DNA from: Gemmatimonadales bacterium
Lineage (GTDB): Bacteria; Gemmatimonadota; Gemmatimonadetes; Gemmatimonadales; GWC2-71-9
Direction: 5' to 3'
NCBI GenBank assembly: GCA_039915645.1
Contig: JBDSMX010000285.1
Span: 238 to 64,237, forward strand
Length of the DNA stretch: 64,000 nt
A program made the translations under genes and the position numbers. Positions 26,705 to 39,023 of this stretch are shown piece after piece. The first letter of the stretch is position 1, and each line of letters begins with the position of its first letter. The notes beneath the pieces are model-generated. The model was not told where the DNA came from, did no database searches, and saw only the letters and a list, made by a program, of their open reading frames with translations.

Positions 26705-28621
26705 TCAGCCTGGGGTCGTCGCAGGAGTCGCCTCCCGTGGCCGCCCCGGGCGGAGGACCCGACGGAGTGCACCATGGCCACCCAGTTCCTCCAGCAGCTC
26801 CATTTCGAGTGACCGGGCATCGGCGAGCTGGCCGGTGAACTCGCCCGCCGAGGCGACGTCGAGGGTGAGTCGCGCGAGCTGAAGACGCAGTCCTTCGAGC
26901 GCCGTGATAGCCGCCGTTTCCCGCTCGCTCAGCTGACGCTCCAGCAAGAGGTGGCCCGGCGACTGCGGCAGGCCGGGATCCGTCAGGTGGCGGCGCAGTG
27001 CCTTCATTTCGGCGATCCGGTGCCGCAGGCCGCTCGCGAGGGCAGGGAGATCGTCCAGCAGGAGTCGGCTCGACTCGGGGAGCTCGGCCCAGAGTTCCTC
27101 AATCGCGAGATCAAGGACGAGTTCGGTCGGTCGGTGCAGCGTCGTCTCCGGTGGGATCGCTCCGCGGAGGCCGACCGCCGCGAGTCGCGCGGCGAGTCCA
27201 CCGAGGCGGGAGCCCCAGAATCGCTCGGTCAAGGTCGTGCTGCGGCGGGGAGTCGTTCGGCGCATCCGGATCACGAAGGCGGCCCCGATCCCGGTCCAGA
27301 GCAGCATCCAGCACCACCGCGCCAAATCCACCACGACTTTCACGAACGGGACGAAGGTCTCCCAGTTGTGGACCAGCAAGGGGGCGTAGCGGATCGCCTG
27401 CGTCATCAGGAGAATGCCGCCGATCGAGAGCCAGGCGATGTCATGCATCACGCGGCCGAGCAGCGGCGGGGCTTCGACCTCCCGTTCGGCGAGATGCCGC
27501 TGGAGTGCGAGTCGCAGGTCCTCGAGACCGTAGCCTGCCCGCAGGGCGAGCCGGAGTTCTCGCCACTCGAAGATCGCTTGCAGCAGCAACGTCGGGATCA
27601 GGACGAGCAACGTGCTCCGGAGAATGGTGCCGATCAGGTCGAGCCCTTCCAGCGTCATCATCGCGGAAGTGAATGCCGATATCGAGAGCATTCCCACCAG
27701 CGGGGCCGCGAACGCCCATGCCGGACGGATCCGGGCGCCGCGCGAGACCCAGCGTTGCATCGGCGCCGCAAGCGTAGTGCCGCTGCCTGGTCGTTGCAGC
27801 AGCGCGAGCAGTGCTTCCACACTCTCTGGTCGCGCAGCGGGATCACGTTCGAGGCACCGTTCGATCGCGCGAACGACGCGCGGCGACGTCGCCGGTGCCG
27901 CGCTCGCCAGCGAGGGCAGCGGTGCGGTCACGTGTTGCAGCAGCACGGCGGCCGTGTCCTCACCATCGAAAGGGAACCTGCCGGCCAGCATGGTCCACGC
28001 GGTGATACCCAGCGCATAGATGTCGCTCACCGGTCCGGCGCTTTCGCCACGGATCAGTTCGGGGGCGAGGTACGCCGGCGTCCCGAGGAGCGGGCCTGCC
28101 TCGGCACGATCCACCTCGGCGGCGATGCCGAAATCCGCGAGCAGTGCCCGGCCGGTGTTTCGCTCGAGCAGGATGTTGTCGAGGGTGACATCGCGGTGGA
28201 CGATCCCCATTGCATGGGCATACGCGAGACCCCAACCCACCTCGTGCAGGATCCGCTCGGCATCCGCCCCGGAGACCGGGCCCTCGCGCCGCAGTCGACT
28301 GCCCAACGATTCCCCGTCGACGAGACCCATCACGAAGAAGACCACCCCGCCGAGTTCGTCGACGGCATAGATCGGGACGATATGCGGATGCGAGAGTCGC
28401 GCACCAGTTCGCGCCTCGCGCAGGAATCGCTCGCGCTGGTCGACGCGCGCGGCGAGGTCGGGATGGAGCACCTTGATCGCGACCGGACGGTCGAGCGAAA
28501 CATCGCGCGCAAGAAAGACAGTGCCCATGCCGCCGATGCCGAGCACCCGCTCGAGCGACCATGCGCCGGCCAGCGCGTCCTGCACCGCCTCGAGTGTCGC
28601 GCCCACCGATGCGCTGCTCAT
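26705..28621 (-). CDS. Membrane Ser/Thr protein kinase (Hanks type) with multi-TM and coiled-coil C-terminal region, paralog 1
   Basis: G-loop 'LGIGGMGTVF', 'VAIKVL', catalytic loop 'HRDVTLDNILL', 'DFG', 'GTPAYLAPE'. Hydrophobic helices follow after about residue 290. The start ATG overlaps the upstream kinase stop. Confidence 0.88.
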   Translation of the reverse strand: MSSASVGATLEAVQDALAGAWSLERVLGIGGMGTVFLARDVSLDRPVAIKVLHPDLAARVDQRERFLREARTGARLSHPHIVPIYAVDELGGVVFFVMGLVDGESLGSRLRREGPVSGADAERILHEVGWGLAYAHAMGIVHRDVTLDNILLERNTGRALLADFGIAAEVDRAEAGPLLGTPAYLAPELIRGESAGPVSDIYALGITAWTMLAGRFPFDGEDTAAVLLQHVTAPLPSLASAAPATSPRVVRAIERCLERDPAARPESVEALLALLQRPGSGTTLAAPMQRWVSRGARIRPAWAFAAPLVGMLSISAFTSAMMTLEGLDLIGTILRSTLLVLIPTLLLQAIFEWRELRLALRAGYGLEDLRLALQRHLAEREVEAPPLLGRVMHDIAWLSIGGILLMTQAIRYAPLLVHNWETFVPFVKVVVDLARWCWMLLWTGIGAAFVIRMRRTTPRRSTTLTERFWGSRLGGLAARLAAVGLRGAIPPETTLHRPTELVLDLAIEELWAELPESSRLLLDDLPALASGLRHRIAEMKALRRHLTDPGLPQSPGHLLLERQLSERETAAITALEGLRLQLARLTLDVASAGEFTGQLADARSLEMELLEELGGHGALRRVLRPGRPREATPATTPG

Positions 28622-30465
28622 GCCGGCGTGCCCGCCCCGGAGCGGCGCGCGCGCCCGAGCAGCTTCCGCAGTTCGCTGTGGCCACCGACTTCTCGAAGCA
28701 GGGCAGCCTCGAGCAGACGGGCCGCTTCGAGTTGCTGGGTCAGCTCGGCGGTGTGTTCCCTCGTCGCGAGCAATCGCAGGAGTTGCAGCCGGATCCGCTC
28801 AAGGGAGGCCACGGTCTCGCGGTGTCGTGCCTCGAGCGGAACCAGTGCCTCGCTGACCTCGGTGTGCTCGAAGGAATCGGCCGGCAGTTCGCGTTCACTC
28901 TCGCGCAGCCGGTCGATGAGGTCGCGCAATTCGGTGGCGCTCCCTTGCAATGCGTGCGCGAGGGTCGGCACGTCTCCCAGTTCGGCTCGTGTGGCCGGCG
29001 GGATGACCTTCCAGAGATCATCGACCGCGAGGCCGAGCACCAGTTCGGTGTTGCGGTGCAGGGTGGACGATGCGGCGATGACTGCCCGTTGTCCCGCGGC
29101 CGACATGCGCGCCAGCATCCCGGCGATTCGCGAGTTCCAGAAGGCTTCCTTGATCGCATTGACCCAGCCGTCCGGCTTCGGCCGGTGCCCCGGCAGCAGG
29201 AAGCCGATGCCGACGCCGGTCAAGGTGCCGAAATAGACGCCGGAGAGCATCCACACCATCGCATCGCGAACAATCGAAACGTCGGCGACCTGCCAATTTT
29301 CGAGATTGGGCCAAATGACCCCGAGTGAGACAACCAGGGTCAGGGCGCCAATCACGGTCAGGTCCCAGATGACCCGTCCGCCGAGTGGCGCGAGCCCTTC
29401 ACGACGGCGCTCGCGCACCATCTCTGCCCGCCAATGCGACAACGCCGAGCGAATGTCGTCAATGCCGAACCCGACCCGACGCAGCCGTCGAAGCTCCGCG
29501 GCTTCGAAGAGCAAGTGGGTGATGATCGGGATTGCCGTGAGCGAGAGGAGTGTCGTGATGAGTGCCACGGTGAGCAGTTCGCGCTTCCCTTCTTCGAAGG
29601 CGCTCTGGATCAGCAGCCAGGTCTGCATCGCGAGCAGTGGCGTCGCGAGCGCATAGATCGACCTGATGCGATCCCAGCGCGTGAACCAGCTGCGGAGCGC
29701 CGGCGCGATCGCCACCGGTTCCGGCGGGCGCTCCAGCAGTGTCAGCAGCGCCGCAGTGTCGGCTGGCCGGGCATCGGGGTCCTTCGCGAGGCACCGCTCC
29801 ACCGCATCGATCATTCGTCGCGACGCGCCACGAGCTTTGGGAGCGAGCGGACGATGCGGTTGCACCAGGTGTCGAGCCAGAAGCTGAGCCGGAGATTCGG
29901 CCTCGAGCGGCGGCGTCCCCGCGAGTGCGAGGTAGCCCACAGCCCCGAGCGCGTACAGGTCAGAGGCCACCGTGGCTGGATCGCCGCGAATGATTTCCGG
30001 GGCCAGATAGCCGGGGGTGCCGAAGACCGGCCCCTGCTCGAGATCATCGTGTCGCATGGCAATGCCGAAGTCCGCGAGCACGGCACGACCACTCCCCCGT
30101 TCGAGCAGGATGTTGGCCGGGGTGAGGTCGCGATGAATCACGCCATGCGCGTGGGCATAGCCGAGGGCCCAGGCCGTTTCGCGCAGCATGCGCTCGGCGT
30201 CGTCCGGAGGGAGCGCACCACGTCGGCGCAATCGTTCGCCCAGGGTTTCGCCGTCCACGTGTGCCATCACGATGATGACACAACCGGGGTGTTCCTCAAC
30301 GGCGAAGATCGGAACGATGTGGGGGTGGGCGAGTCGTGCGGCGGTGCGGGCCTCGCGCAGGAAACGTTCACGCGAATCGGCGTCACCCGCGAGTCGGGGG
30401 TGCAGCACCTTCAATGCGACCGGCCGGTCGAGCCGCACGTCGCGCGCGAGGTAGACCGTGCCCAT
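28618..30465 (-). CDS. Membrane Ser/Thr protein kinase, paralog 2 (annotated from the first ATG; the true N-terminus probably lies upstream)
   Basis: 'MGTVYLARD', 'VALKVL', 'HRDLTPANILL', 'DFG', 'GTPGYLAPE'. The 35 in-frame codons upstream (30466-30570) encode kinase subdomain I ('SAASVALQEILLGRYSLERELGHGG') but contain no ATG, GTG or TTG. Confidence 0.8.
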   Translation of the reverse strand: MGTVYLARDVRLDRPVALKVLHPRLAGDADSRERFLREARTAARLAHPHIVPIFAVEEHPGCVIIVMAHVDGETLGERLRRRGALPPDDAERMLRETAWALGYAHAHGVIHRDLTPANILLERGSGRAVLADFGIAMRHDDLEQGPVFGTPGYLAPEIIRGDPATVASDLYALGAVGYLALAGTPPLEAESPAQLLARHLVQPHRPLAPKARGASRRMIDAVERCLAKDPDARPADTAALLTLLERPPEPVAIAPALRSWFTRWDRIRSIYALATPLLAMQTWLLIQSAFEEGKRELLTVALITTLLSLTAIPIITHLLFEAAELRRLRRVGFGIDDIRSALSHWRAEMVRERRREGLAPLGGRVIWDLTVIGALTLVVSLGVIWPNLENWQVADVSIVRDAMVWMLSGVYFGTLTGVGIGFLLPGHRPKPDGWVNAIKEAFWNSRIAGMLARMSAAGQRAVIAASSTLHRNTELVLGLAVDDLWKVIPPATRAELGDVPTLAHALQGSATELRDLIDRLRESERELPADSFEHTEVSEALVPLEARHRETVASLERIRLQLLRLLATREHTAELTQQLEAARLLEAALLREVGGHSELRKLLGRARRSGAGTPA

Positions 30466-30570
30466 CCCGCCGTGCCCCAGCTCGCGTTCCAGCGAATAGC
30501 GACCGAGCAGGATTTCCTGGAGTGCGACTGACGCGGCGGAGAAAGCGATCGGGGGTGCCTCGCGCTGGTA

Positions 30571-30966
30571 TTACAGTGGCTTGCTCGGCAGCGTCACACT
30601 GCAAGTGGTCTCGAAACCGCCACGCACATTGTAGAGCGTCGTGACCGTCAGGGTCTTGGCGCGAAGCACCTGCTGGAGGTCCTGCGCCAGTCGAGCCGTC
30701 GCATGCTCCTGGAAGATGCCGACGTTGCGGTAGCTCATGACGTAGTACTTGAGGCTCTTGAGCTCGATGCAGCAATCACCGGGCACATACCGCAGCGTCA
30801 GGACAGCAAGGTCCGGAAGTCCGCTGAACGGACAGACCGCGCTGAATTCTCCCGTGGTGGTCACGATCTCCTGATCGGGGCCCTCATAGGGAAAGGTCTC
30901 CAGCACGGCGGTGTCGATCGCCTCGGGCCCCACAAACGGAATCGTCCGTCCTTCTGCTGTTGCCAT
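30571..30966 (-). CDS. queF: NADPH-dependent 7-cyano-7-deazaguanine (preQ0) reductase, unimodular type
   Basis: 'EFSAVCPFSGLPDLAVLTLRYVP' and 'CIELKSLKYYVMSYRNVGIFQEH' are QueF signatures. 131 aa from ATG 30966. Confidence 0.9.
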   Translation of the reverse strand: MATAEGRTIPFVGPEAIDTAVLETFPYEGPDQEIVTTTGEFSAVCPFSGLPDLAVLTLRYVPGDCCIELKSLKYYVMSYRNVGIFQEHATARLAQDLQQVLRAKTLTVTTLYNVRGGFETTCSVTLPSKPL

Positions 30967-30997
30967 CGCCTGCTCCACGAAAAGTCTTACATCAAAG

Positions 30998-32191
30998 CTA
31001 ATCCACCGACTTCGGGGGCCGGACCAGTCGGCCGCTCCGCAAGGCATCAAAGCCGAATTTCGCCCGGACGGTGTCGACGGCCCGGACCACCTCCCGTTGC
31101 CGTCCCCGGTCGGCCGATTCGAACAGATCAGGCGCCTCGGCCGGCTGCAGCGAGGTCGCTGCAACACCCAGCAGGCGCACGCCCTGGCGCCGACCCCGAG
31201 CTGCCGTGAACGCGGGCTCGAGCAGTTCACGCGCCACCCGCAACAGCTCCTGGTCGAACGCCGTCGGGGTCGCGAGAGTCTTGCGTCGGGTGACCGTCAC
31301 GAAGTCGCCGTGGCGCAGCTTCAGCACGACCGCCCCGGCCACCAACTCCTCATCGCGGAGCTGCCCCGCCATGCGCGCCGTGAGGAGCAGCAGCACCCGG
31401 TCAAGTTCGGCGAGATCGGTGAGGTCGCGGCCGAACGTCGTCTCGCGGCTCACCGACTTGGCGCGCCCGTGTGCCCGCAGGATCGCACTCCCCTTGCCAG
31501 CGGAGCGCCGCGCCAGGGCGGCTGCTTCGTCGCGGCCGAGGATGCGCGCGAGTTCATCGAGCGACATTGCCTGCACCTCGGCCACGTTCTCGAGTCCCAG
31601 GTCGCGGAGTCGTTGTGCGGTCTTCGGGCCGATGCCTGGCAAGGCGGCGAGTGGCAATCCCGCCATGAAGTCGCGCTCCCAGCCTTCACGCACCTCGCAT
31701 ACTCCGCGCGGCTTGGCATAATCGCTTGCGATCTTCGCGATCATCCGGTTCGGGCCGATGCCGATCGAGCAATCCAGGCCGGTGCTCGCGTGGACGGCGT
31801 TCCGGATAGTGGTCGCGGTTGCCAGCAACGACACGGGGTGCAACAGGTCGGTACCGGTGAAATCGAGATACCCCTCATCCAGTCCGGTCATCACCACCAG
31901 CGGTGCCTGCTGCTCGAGCACATTCCTGACGCGTCGTGAGGCCTCGCGATAGTCGGCGAATTCTCCGCGCACGAAGGTGGCATCGGGACAGATTCGCACC
32001 GCCTGCCCGATCGGCATTCCGGAGCGGACTCCGAACTTTCGCGCACCATAGCTCGCGGATTGCACCACCCCGCGTGACTCGCGCTTCCCTCCCACCACGA
32101 GCAACTCGACATCGCGAAGCTCGGGTTGCTGCTGCCGACAGACTTCGACGAAGAAGGCGTCGAGATCGAGGTGGAGGATTCGGGTGGCCAT
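30998..32191 (-). CDS. dinB: DNA polymerase IV (Y-family)
   Basis: 'ILHLDLDAFFVEV', 'VVQSASYGARKFGVRSGMP' and 'GLDEGYLDFTG'. ATG 32191. Confidence 0.92.
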   Translation of the reverse strand: MATRILHLDLDAFFVEVCRQQQPELRDVELLVVGGKRESRGVVQSASYGARKFGVRSGMPIGQAVRICPDATFVRGEFADYREASRRVRNVLEQQAPLVVMTGLDEGYLDFTGTDLLHPVSLLATATTIRNAVHASTGLDCSIGIGPNRMIAKIASDYAKPRGVCEVREGWERDFMAGLPLAALPGIGPKTAQRLRDLGLENVAEVQAMSLDELARILGRDEAAALARRSAGKGSAILRAHGRAKSVSRETTFGRDLTDLAELDRVLLLLTARMAGQLRDEELVAGAVVLKLRHGDFVTVTRRKTLATPTAFDQELLRVARELLEPAFTAARGRRQGVRLLGVAATSLQPAEAPDLFESADRGRQREVVRAVDTVRAKFGFDALRSGRLVRPPKSVD

Positions 32192-32229
32192 GGCCGTACA
32201 TTCTAGCGTCTCATACACCCGGAGCCCGG

Positions 32230-33120
32230 ATGCGGATCGGCTTTGCCGGCCTCGGCGCCATCGGAGTCCCGATGGCCGCCCGACTGGCTGAGGTCTACGA
32301 AGTGAAGGTCTGGAACCGAACGGCGGCCCGTGCCGCCGAATTCGTTGCAGCTCACCCGCTCGCGAACCAGGCGCTCACCCTGCGCGATCTCGCCGAGGGG
32401 GTCGATGCCATCGTGACCTGCCTCCCCACCTCGGCCGACGTCGCGATGCTGCTTGATGGACCGGACGGGCTCCTCGCGGCCTTGCCTGCGGGCGCGCTGC
32501 TCGTGGATTGTACTTCCGGCGATCCCGCCACTTCGCGGCGTATCGCCGCGCGGCTCCTCGAGCGCGCCGTCGCCTTCGTCGATGCCCCGCTCAGCGGTGG
32601 CCCGCCGATGGCGATCAAGGGCACCCTCACCGTGATGTGCGGTGGGGCGCCCGCCGACGTCGCGCGTGCCGAGCGCGTCGTCGCCCCGTTCGCGGCCAAG
32701 GTGATCCATCTCGGTCCGGTCGGGGCAGGGCACGCGGCGAAAGCGGTCAACAACGCGCTGCTCGCGGTCAATATCCTCGCGCTCGCCGAAGGTCTGGTGA
32801 CGCTTGCGAAGGCCGGGCTTTCGCCCCGCGCTGTGCTCGATGTGATCAATGCATCGAGCGGGCGCTCGTTCGTGAGCGAGGTCCTGGTGCCGGAGCGCGT
32901 GCTCACCGGGGCGTTCCCGAAGCTCTTCCGCCTGGCGTTGCTTGAGAAGGACATCGGAATCGCCCATGACCTGGCCCGCGAGTTGGGAATTCCCGACCCG
33001 GTCATCGCCTCGGCGCGTGAGCGCGCTCGGGATCTCCGCAGTGAGCTGGGGGAGCGCGCCGATTATCTCGACCCCTTCCGGGTCGCTGAGCAGCAGGCGG
33101 GTCTGGAGCTACGCGGATGA
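32230..33120 (+). CDS. NAD(P)-dependent 3-hydroxyisobutyrate / 6-phosphogluconate-dehydrogenase-like oxidoreductase
   Basis: 'MRIGFAGLGAIGVPMAARL' Rossmann motif, 'VDAPLSGGPPMAIKGTLTVMCGG' and 'GAGHAAKAVNNAL'. Confidence 0.85.
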   Translation: MRIGFAGLGAIGVPMAARLAEVYEVKVWNRTAARAAEFVAAHPLANQALTLRDLAEGVDAIVTCLPTSADVAMLLDGPDGLLAALPAGALLVDCTSGDPATSRRIAARLLERAVAFVDAPLSGGPPMAIKGTLTVMCGGAPADVARAERVVAPFAAKVIHLGPVGAGHAAKAVNNALLAVNILALAEGLVTLAKAGLSPRAVLDVINASSGRSFVSEVLVPERVLTGAFPKLFRLALLEKDIGIAHDLARELGIPDPVIASARERARDLRSELGERADYLDPFRVAEQQAGLELRG

Positions 33121-33950
33121 GCAGGGAACGGGTGATGCCACCGGCACCGGTCCTGGTGCTGGTCGCGGTCCAGGATCTGGTGAACCTGGCTTCCTGCGTC
33201 CGGATCGCCAAGAATTTCGGAATTAGCGAGATCCGGCTGGTGGCCCCGGAATGCCCGGTCGACCTCTACCGGATCGAGGGGGTCGCCCACAACACAGCCG
33301 ACGTGCTCGAGCGGATGACGATCCACGCCACCATCGACGAGGCCTTCGCCGACCTCAGCTATGTCCTCGCCCTGACTGGCCGAGAGCGAACCGCCAAGCG
33401 AGCGGTTCTCCGTCCACGCGAGGCCGCTGTCGAGCTGGCGGAACGGAGCCTCGAGGGGCGGGTCGGAATTCTCGCGGGCCGTGAGGACCATGGCCTGAGC
33501 AACGAGGAGCTTGACCGTTGCGCCAAGCTGGTGACCATCAGCGCCAATCCTGAATACACCTCGCTGAATCTGGCCCAGGCCTGGGCGGTGATGGCCTACG
33601 AGACCTGGGTTGCCCGCGGCGGCGACCAGATTCCCCTGAAGAGGCCGCGTCACGCAGCCGGTCCCACCAATCACGCCGAGCTCGAGGCGCTCTTTGCCGA
33701 CTGGGAAGCCTCGATGCATGCCATCGAGTTCTTCAAGAAGCGGCAATCGGATCTGGTCATGCGGGGGTTCCGGGAGGTCATCTTCCGCGCCGACCTCGAT
33801 GTCCGCGAGGCGGGTCTCTTCCGGGCGATCGGGCTGGAAATCGGCCACTTCCTCCGGCGAAAGGGGCTGCTGCCCCAATTGCCGCGCAAGGTCGGCGGCC
33901 AGCTGGTCCCCCCCGAGGTCGCTCCGGAAGCCGGACCGGAAGTCCCGTAG
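33117..33950 (+). CDS. SpoU/TrmH-family RNA 2'-O-methyltransferase (TrmJ-like)
   Basis: 'NLASCVRIAKNFG', 'GILAGREDHGLSNEEL' and 'ISANPEYTSLNLAQAWAVMAYE'. ATGA overlap with the upstream gene. Confidence 0.85.
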   Translation: MSRERVMPPAPVLVLVAVQDLVNLASCVRIAKNFGISEIRLVAPECPVDLYRIEGVAHNTADVLERMTIHATIDEAFADLSYVLALTGRERTAKRAVLRPREAAVELAERSLEGRVGILAGREDHGLSNEELDRCAKLVTISANPEYTSLNLAQAWAVMAYETWVARGGDQIPLKRPRHAAGPTNHAELEALFADWEASMHAIEFFKKRQSDLVMRGFREVIFRADLDVREAGLFRAIGLEIGHFLRRKGLLPQLPRKVGGQLVPPEVAPEAGPEVP

Positions 33951-33979
33951 TTGAACGGACCTTTGAATTCGGCTAGCTT
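33951..33979 (+). promoter_or_regulatory. Candidate sigma-70 promoter for the act operon
   Basis: TTGAAC (33951-33956), a 17-nt spacer, then TAGCTT (33974-33979). It sits in the 85-nt spacer upstream of actA. Confidence 0.3.
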
Positions 33980-34035
33980 TGCGCCCGGCAAGGAGTTGCA
34001 ACCCTGTCTCGGATCCTCTTCGGCGGTCAGCAGAT

Positions 34036-34611
34036 ATGAGTAAGCGGTTCGTCCTCGGACTCGGCGTCGTGACGATGGCAATGGCCTTGCTGGCCACTGC
34101 CGCCCTCCCCGGCGTCGCACAGAAACCCGCCACCGGCCCGGCACCGCTCAGTGCCGCCGATTCATCCTCCCTGAAGGGTCCGCGGCAACCGATCTTCTTC
34201 CGTCACGACATCCATACTGGCCAGCTCAAGATGCAGTGCCAGTACTGCCACTACTCGGTCGGGGTTTCGTCCGAGCCAGGCATTCCCAGCATGCAGACTT
34301 GCATGGGCTGCCACATCGCCGTGGCCGGGAAGACGGACGCCAACAAGGCCGAGATCAAGAAGCTCAAGGAAGCCTGGAGCGCCAAGAAGCCGGTGGAGTG
34401 GGTGCGCGTGCACAGCGTCGCCCGCCACGTCCGCTTCCCCCACGCACGTCACATCAAGGCACTCGGCCCCGCGGCCTGCGCCACCTGCCACGGCAACGTC
34501 TCGCGGATGCCGCAGGTCTACAAGGTCAACAACGTGAATAACATGGGCTTCTGCATCAGTTGTCACATCGAGCGGAAGGTTTCGCGCGATTGCACCGTCT
34601 GCCACTACTGA
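34036..34611 (+). CDS. actA: Alternative complex III, pentahaem cytochrome c subunit ActA
   Basis: N-terminal anchor 'MSKRFVLGLGVVTMAMALLATAAL'. Five CxxCH motifs (CQYCH, CMGCH, CATCH, CISCH, CTVCH). It is the first gene of an actABCDEF-ordered operon. Confidence 0.88.
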   Translation: MSKRFVLGLGVVTMAMALLATAALPGVAQKPATGPAPLSAADSSSLKGPRQPIFFRHDIHTGQLKMQCQYCHYSVGVSSEPGIPSMQTCMGCHIAVAGKTDANKAEIKKLKEAWSAKKPVEWVRVHSVARHVRFPHARHIKALGPAACATCHGNVSRMPQVYKVNNVNNMGFCISCHIERKVSRDCTVCHY

Positions 34612-34612
34612 T

Positions 34613-37663
<3,051 letters not shown>

Positions 37664-37664
37664 G

Positions 37665-39023
37665 ATGGCCGTCATCGCGCACGATCCGAGCATTCCGACC
37701 CAGACGCACGGCGAGGTTACCCGCGACGTCCTGAAGTCGATCACCGACAAGCCGACCCGGGGCTATTACATCCTCGTTTCGGTGATGGCGTTCCTCACGC
37801 TGGTGCTCTTCGGCACCGTTGCCGCTGAACTCAAGTACGGCCTCGGCATCGCCGGCTACGCGCCACCGATCATGTGGTCGGTCTACATCACGACCTTCGT
37901 CTTCTGGGTCGGTATCGGCCACGCCGGTACCCTGATCTCGGCGATTCTCTTCCTGTTCCGTTCACCGTGGCGTACTGCCGTGTACCGCGCCACCGAGGCG
38001 ATGACCGTCTTCGCCGTCATGACCGCCGCGCTCTTCCCGATCATCCACATCGGTCGCGAGTGGGTCTTCTACTGGCTCATCCCGTATCCCAACCAGCGCT
38101 ACCTCTGGCCGAACTTCAAGTCGCCGCTGATGTGGGACGTCTTCGCCATCTCGACCTACCTGACCGTGTCGAGCACCTTCCTGATGGTCGGACTGGTTCC
38201 CGACATCGCGGCCATCCGCGACAACGTCAGCGGCTGGAAGAAGAAGGTCTACGGCGCGCTCTCGCTGGGCTGGACCGGCGCCGATTCGCAGTGGCGCCAC
38301 TACACCCGCGCCTATCTCTACCTCGCCGCGCTCGCGACGCCGCTGGTGCTCTCGGTGCACTCCGTGGTTTCGTGGGACTTCGCCTCGTCGATCGTCCCGG
38401 GCTGGCACGGCACCATCTTCGCCCCGTACTTCGTGGCCGGCGCCATCTATTCTGGCATCGGGATGGTGTTCACACTGGTGGTTCCACTGCGCAAGGTGCT
38501 CAAGTTCGAGCACATGATCACCGACTACCACTTCGACAATCTCGGCAAGCTGACCCTGTTCACCGGGTCGATCCTCTTCTACGCCTACGCCATGGAATAC
38601 TTCGTGGCGTGGTACTCGGGATCGACCTTCGAACAGGTCACCTTCTTCCGTCGCGCGCTGGGTCCCAACTGGTGGGCCGGCTGGACCATGATCATCTGCA
38701 ACGCCTTCGTGTCGCAGCTGCTCTGGTTCCGGAAGATCCGGACCAACATGACGTCGCTCTTCGTGATCTCGATCTTCATCAACATCGGGATGTGGTTCGA
38801 GCGCTACGTCATCGTCGTATCGTCGCTGTCGAATGACTACCTCCCCTTCGCCTGGGGGCAGATCAATCCGACCTGGGCGGACTGGTGCATGCTCGCCGGT
38901 TCGTTCGGCTGGTTCGGACTCTGGTTCTCGCTCTTCTACAAGAATTTCCCGATCGTGGCGATTCAGGAGCTCAAGGAGCTGATCCCGATGCCGCGCCGTA
39001 ACTCCCACGGGGGGGCACACTGA
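37665..39023 (+). CDS. actC: Alternative complex III subunit ActC (NrfD/PsrC-like quinol-interacting membrane subunit)
   Basis: 452-aa polytopic membrane protein immediately after actB. NrfD-like 'FVFWVGIGHAGTLISAILFL'. Confidence 0.88.
   Translation: MAVIAHDPSIPTQTHGEVTRDVLKSITDKPTRGYYILVSVMAFLTLVLFGTVAAELKYGLGIAGYAPPIMWSVYITTFVFWVGIGHAGTLISAILFLFRSPWRTAVYRATEAMTVFAVMTAALFPIIHIGREWVFYWLIPYPNQRYLWPNFKSPLMWDVFAISTYLTVSSTFLMVGLVPDIAAIRDNVSGWKKKVYGALSLGWTGADSQWRHYTRAYLYLAALATPLVLSVHSVVSWDFASSIVPGWHGTIFAPYFVAGAIYSGIGMVFTLVVPLRKVLKFEHMITDYHFDNLGKLTLFTGSILFYAYAMEYFVAWYSGSTFEQVTFFRRALGPNWWAGWTMIICNAFVSQLLWFRKIRTNMTSLFVISIFINIGMWFERYVIVVSSLSNDYLPFAWGQINPTWADWCMLAGSFGWFGLWFSLFYKNFPIVAIQELKELIPMPRRNSHGGAH

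Noticed and set aside
30571-30573. Programmed read-through or selenocysteine joining QueF to the kinase
   Set aside because: The stop is TAA, not TGA, and I could see no SECIS-like hairpin. Sharing a frame has a one-in-three chance expectation. It is kept only as a remark inside the start-codon finding.
30967-30997. PreQ1 riboswitch upstream of queF
   Set aside because: Only 31 nt separate the dinB stop from the queF start. That is too short for the aptamer plus expression platform, and I saw no preQ1-type hairpin with an A-rich tail.
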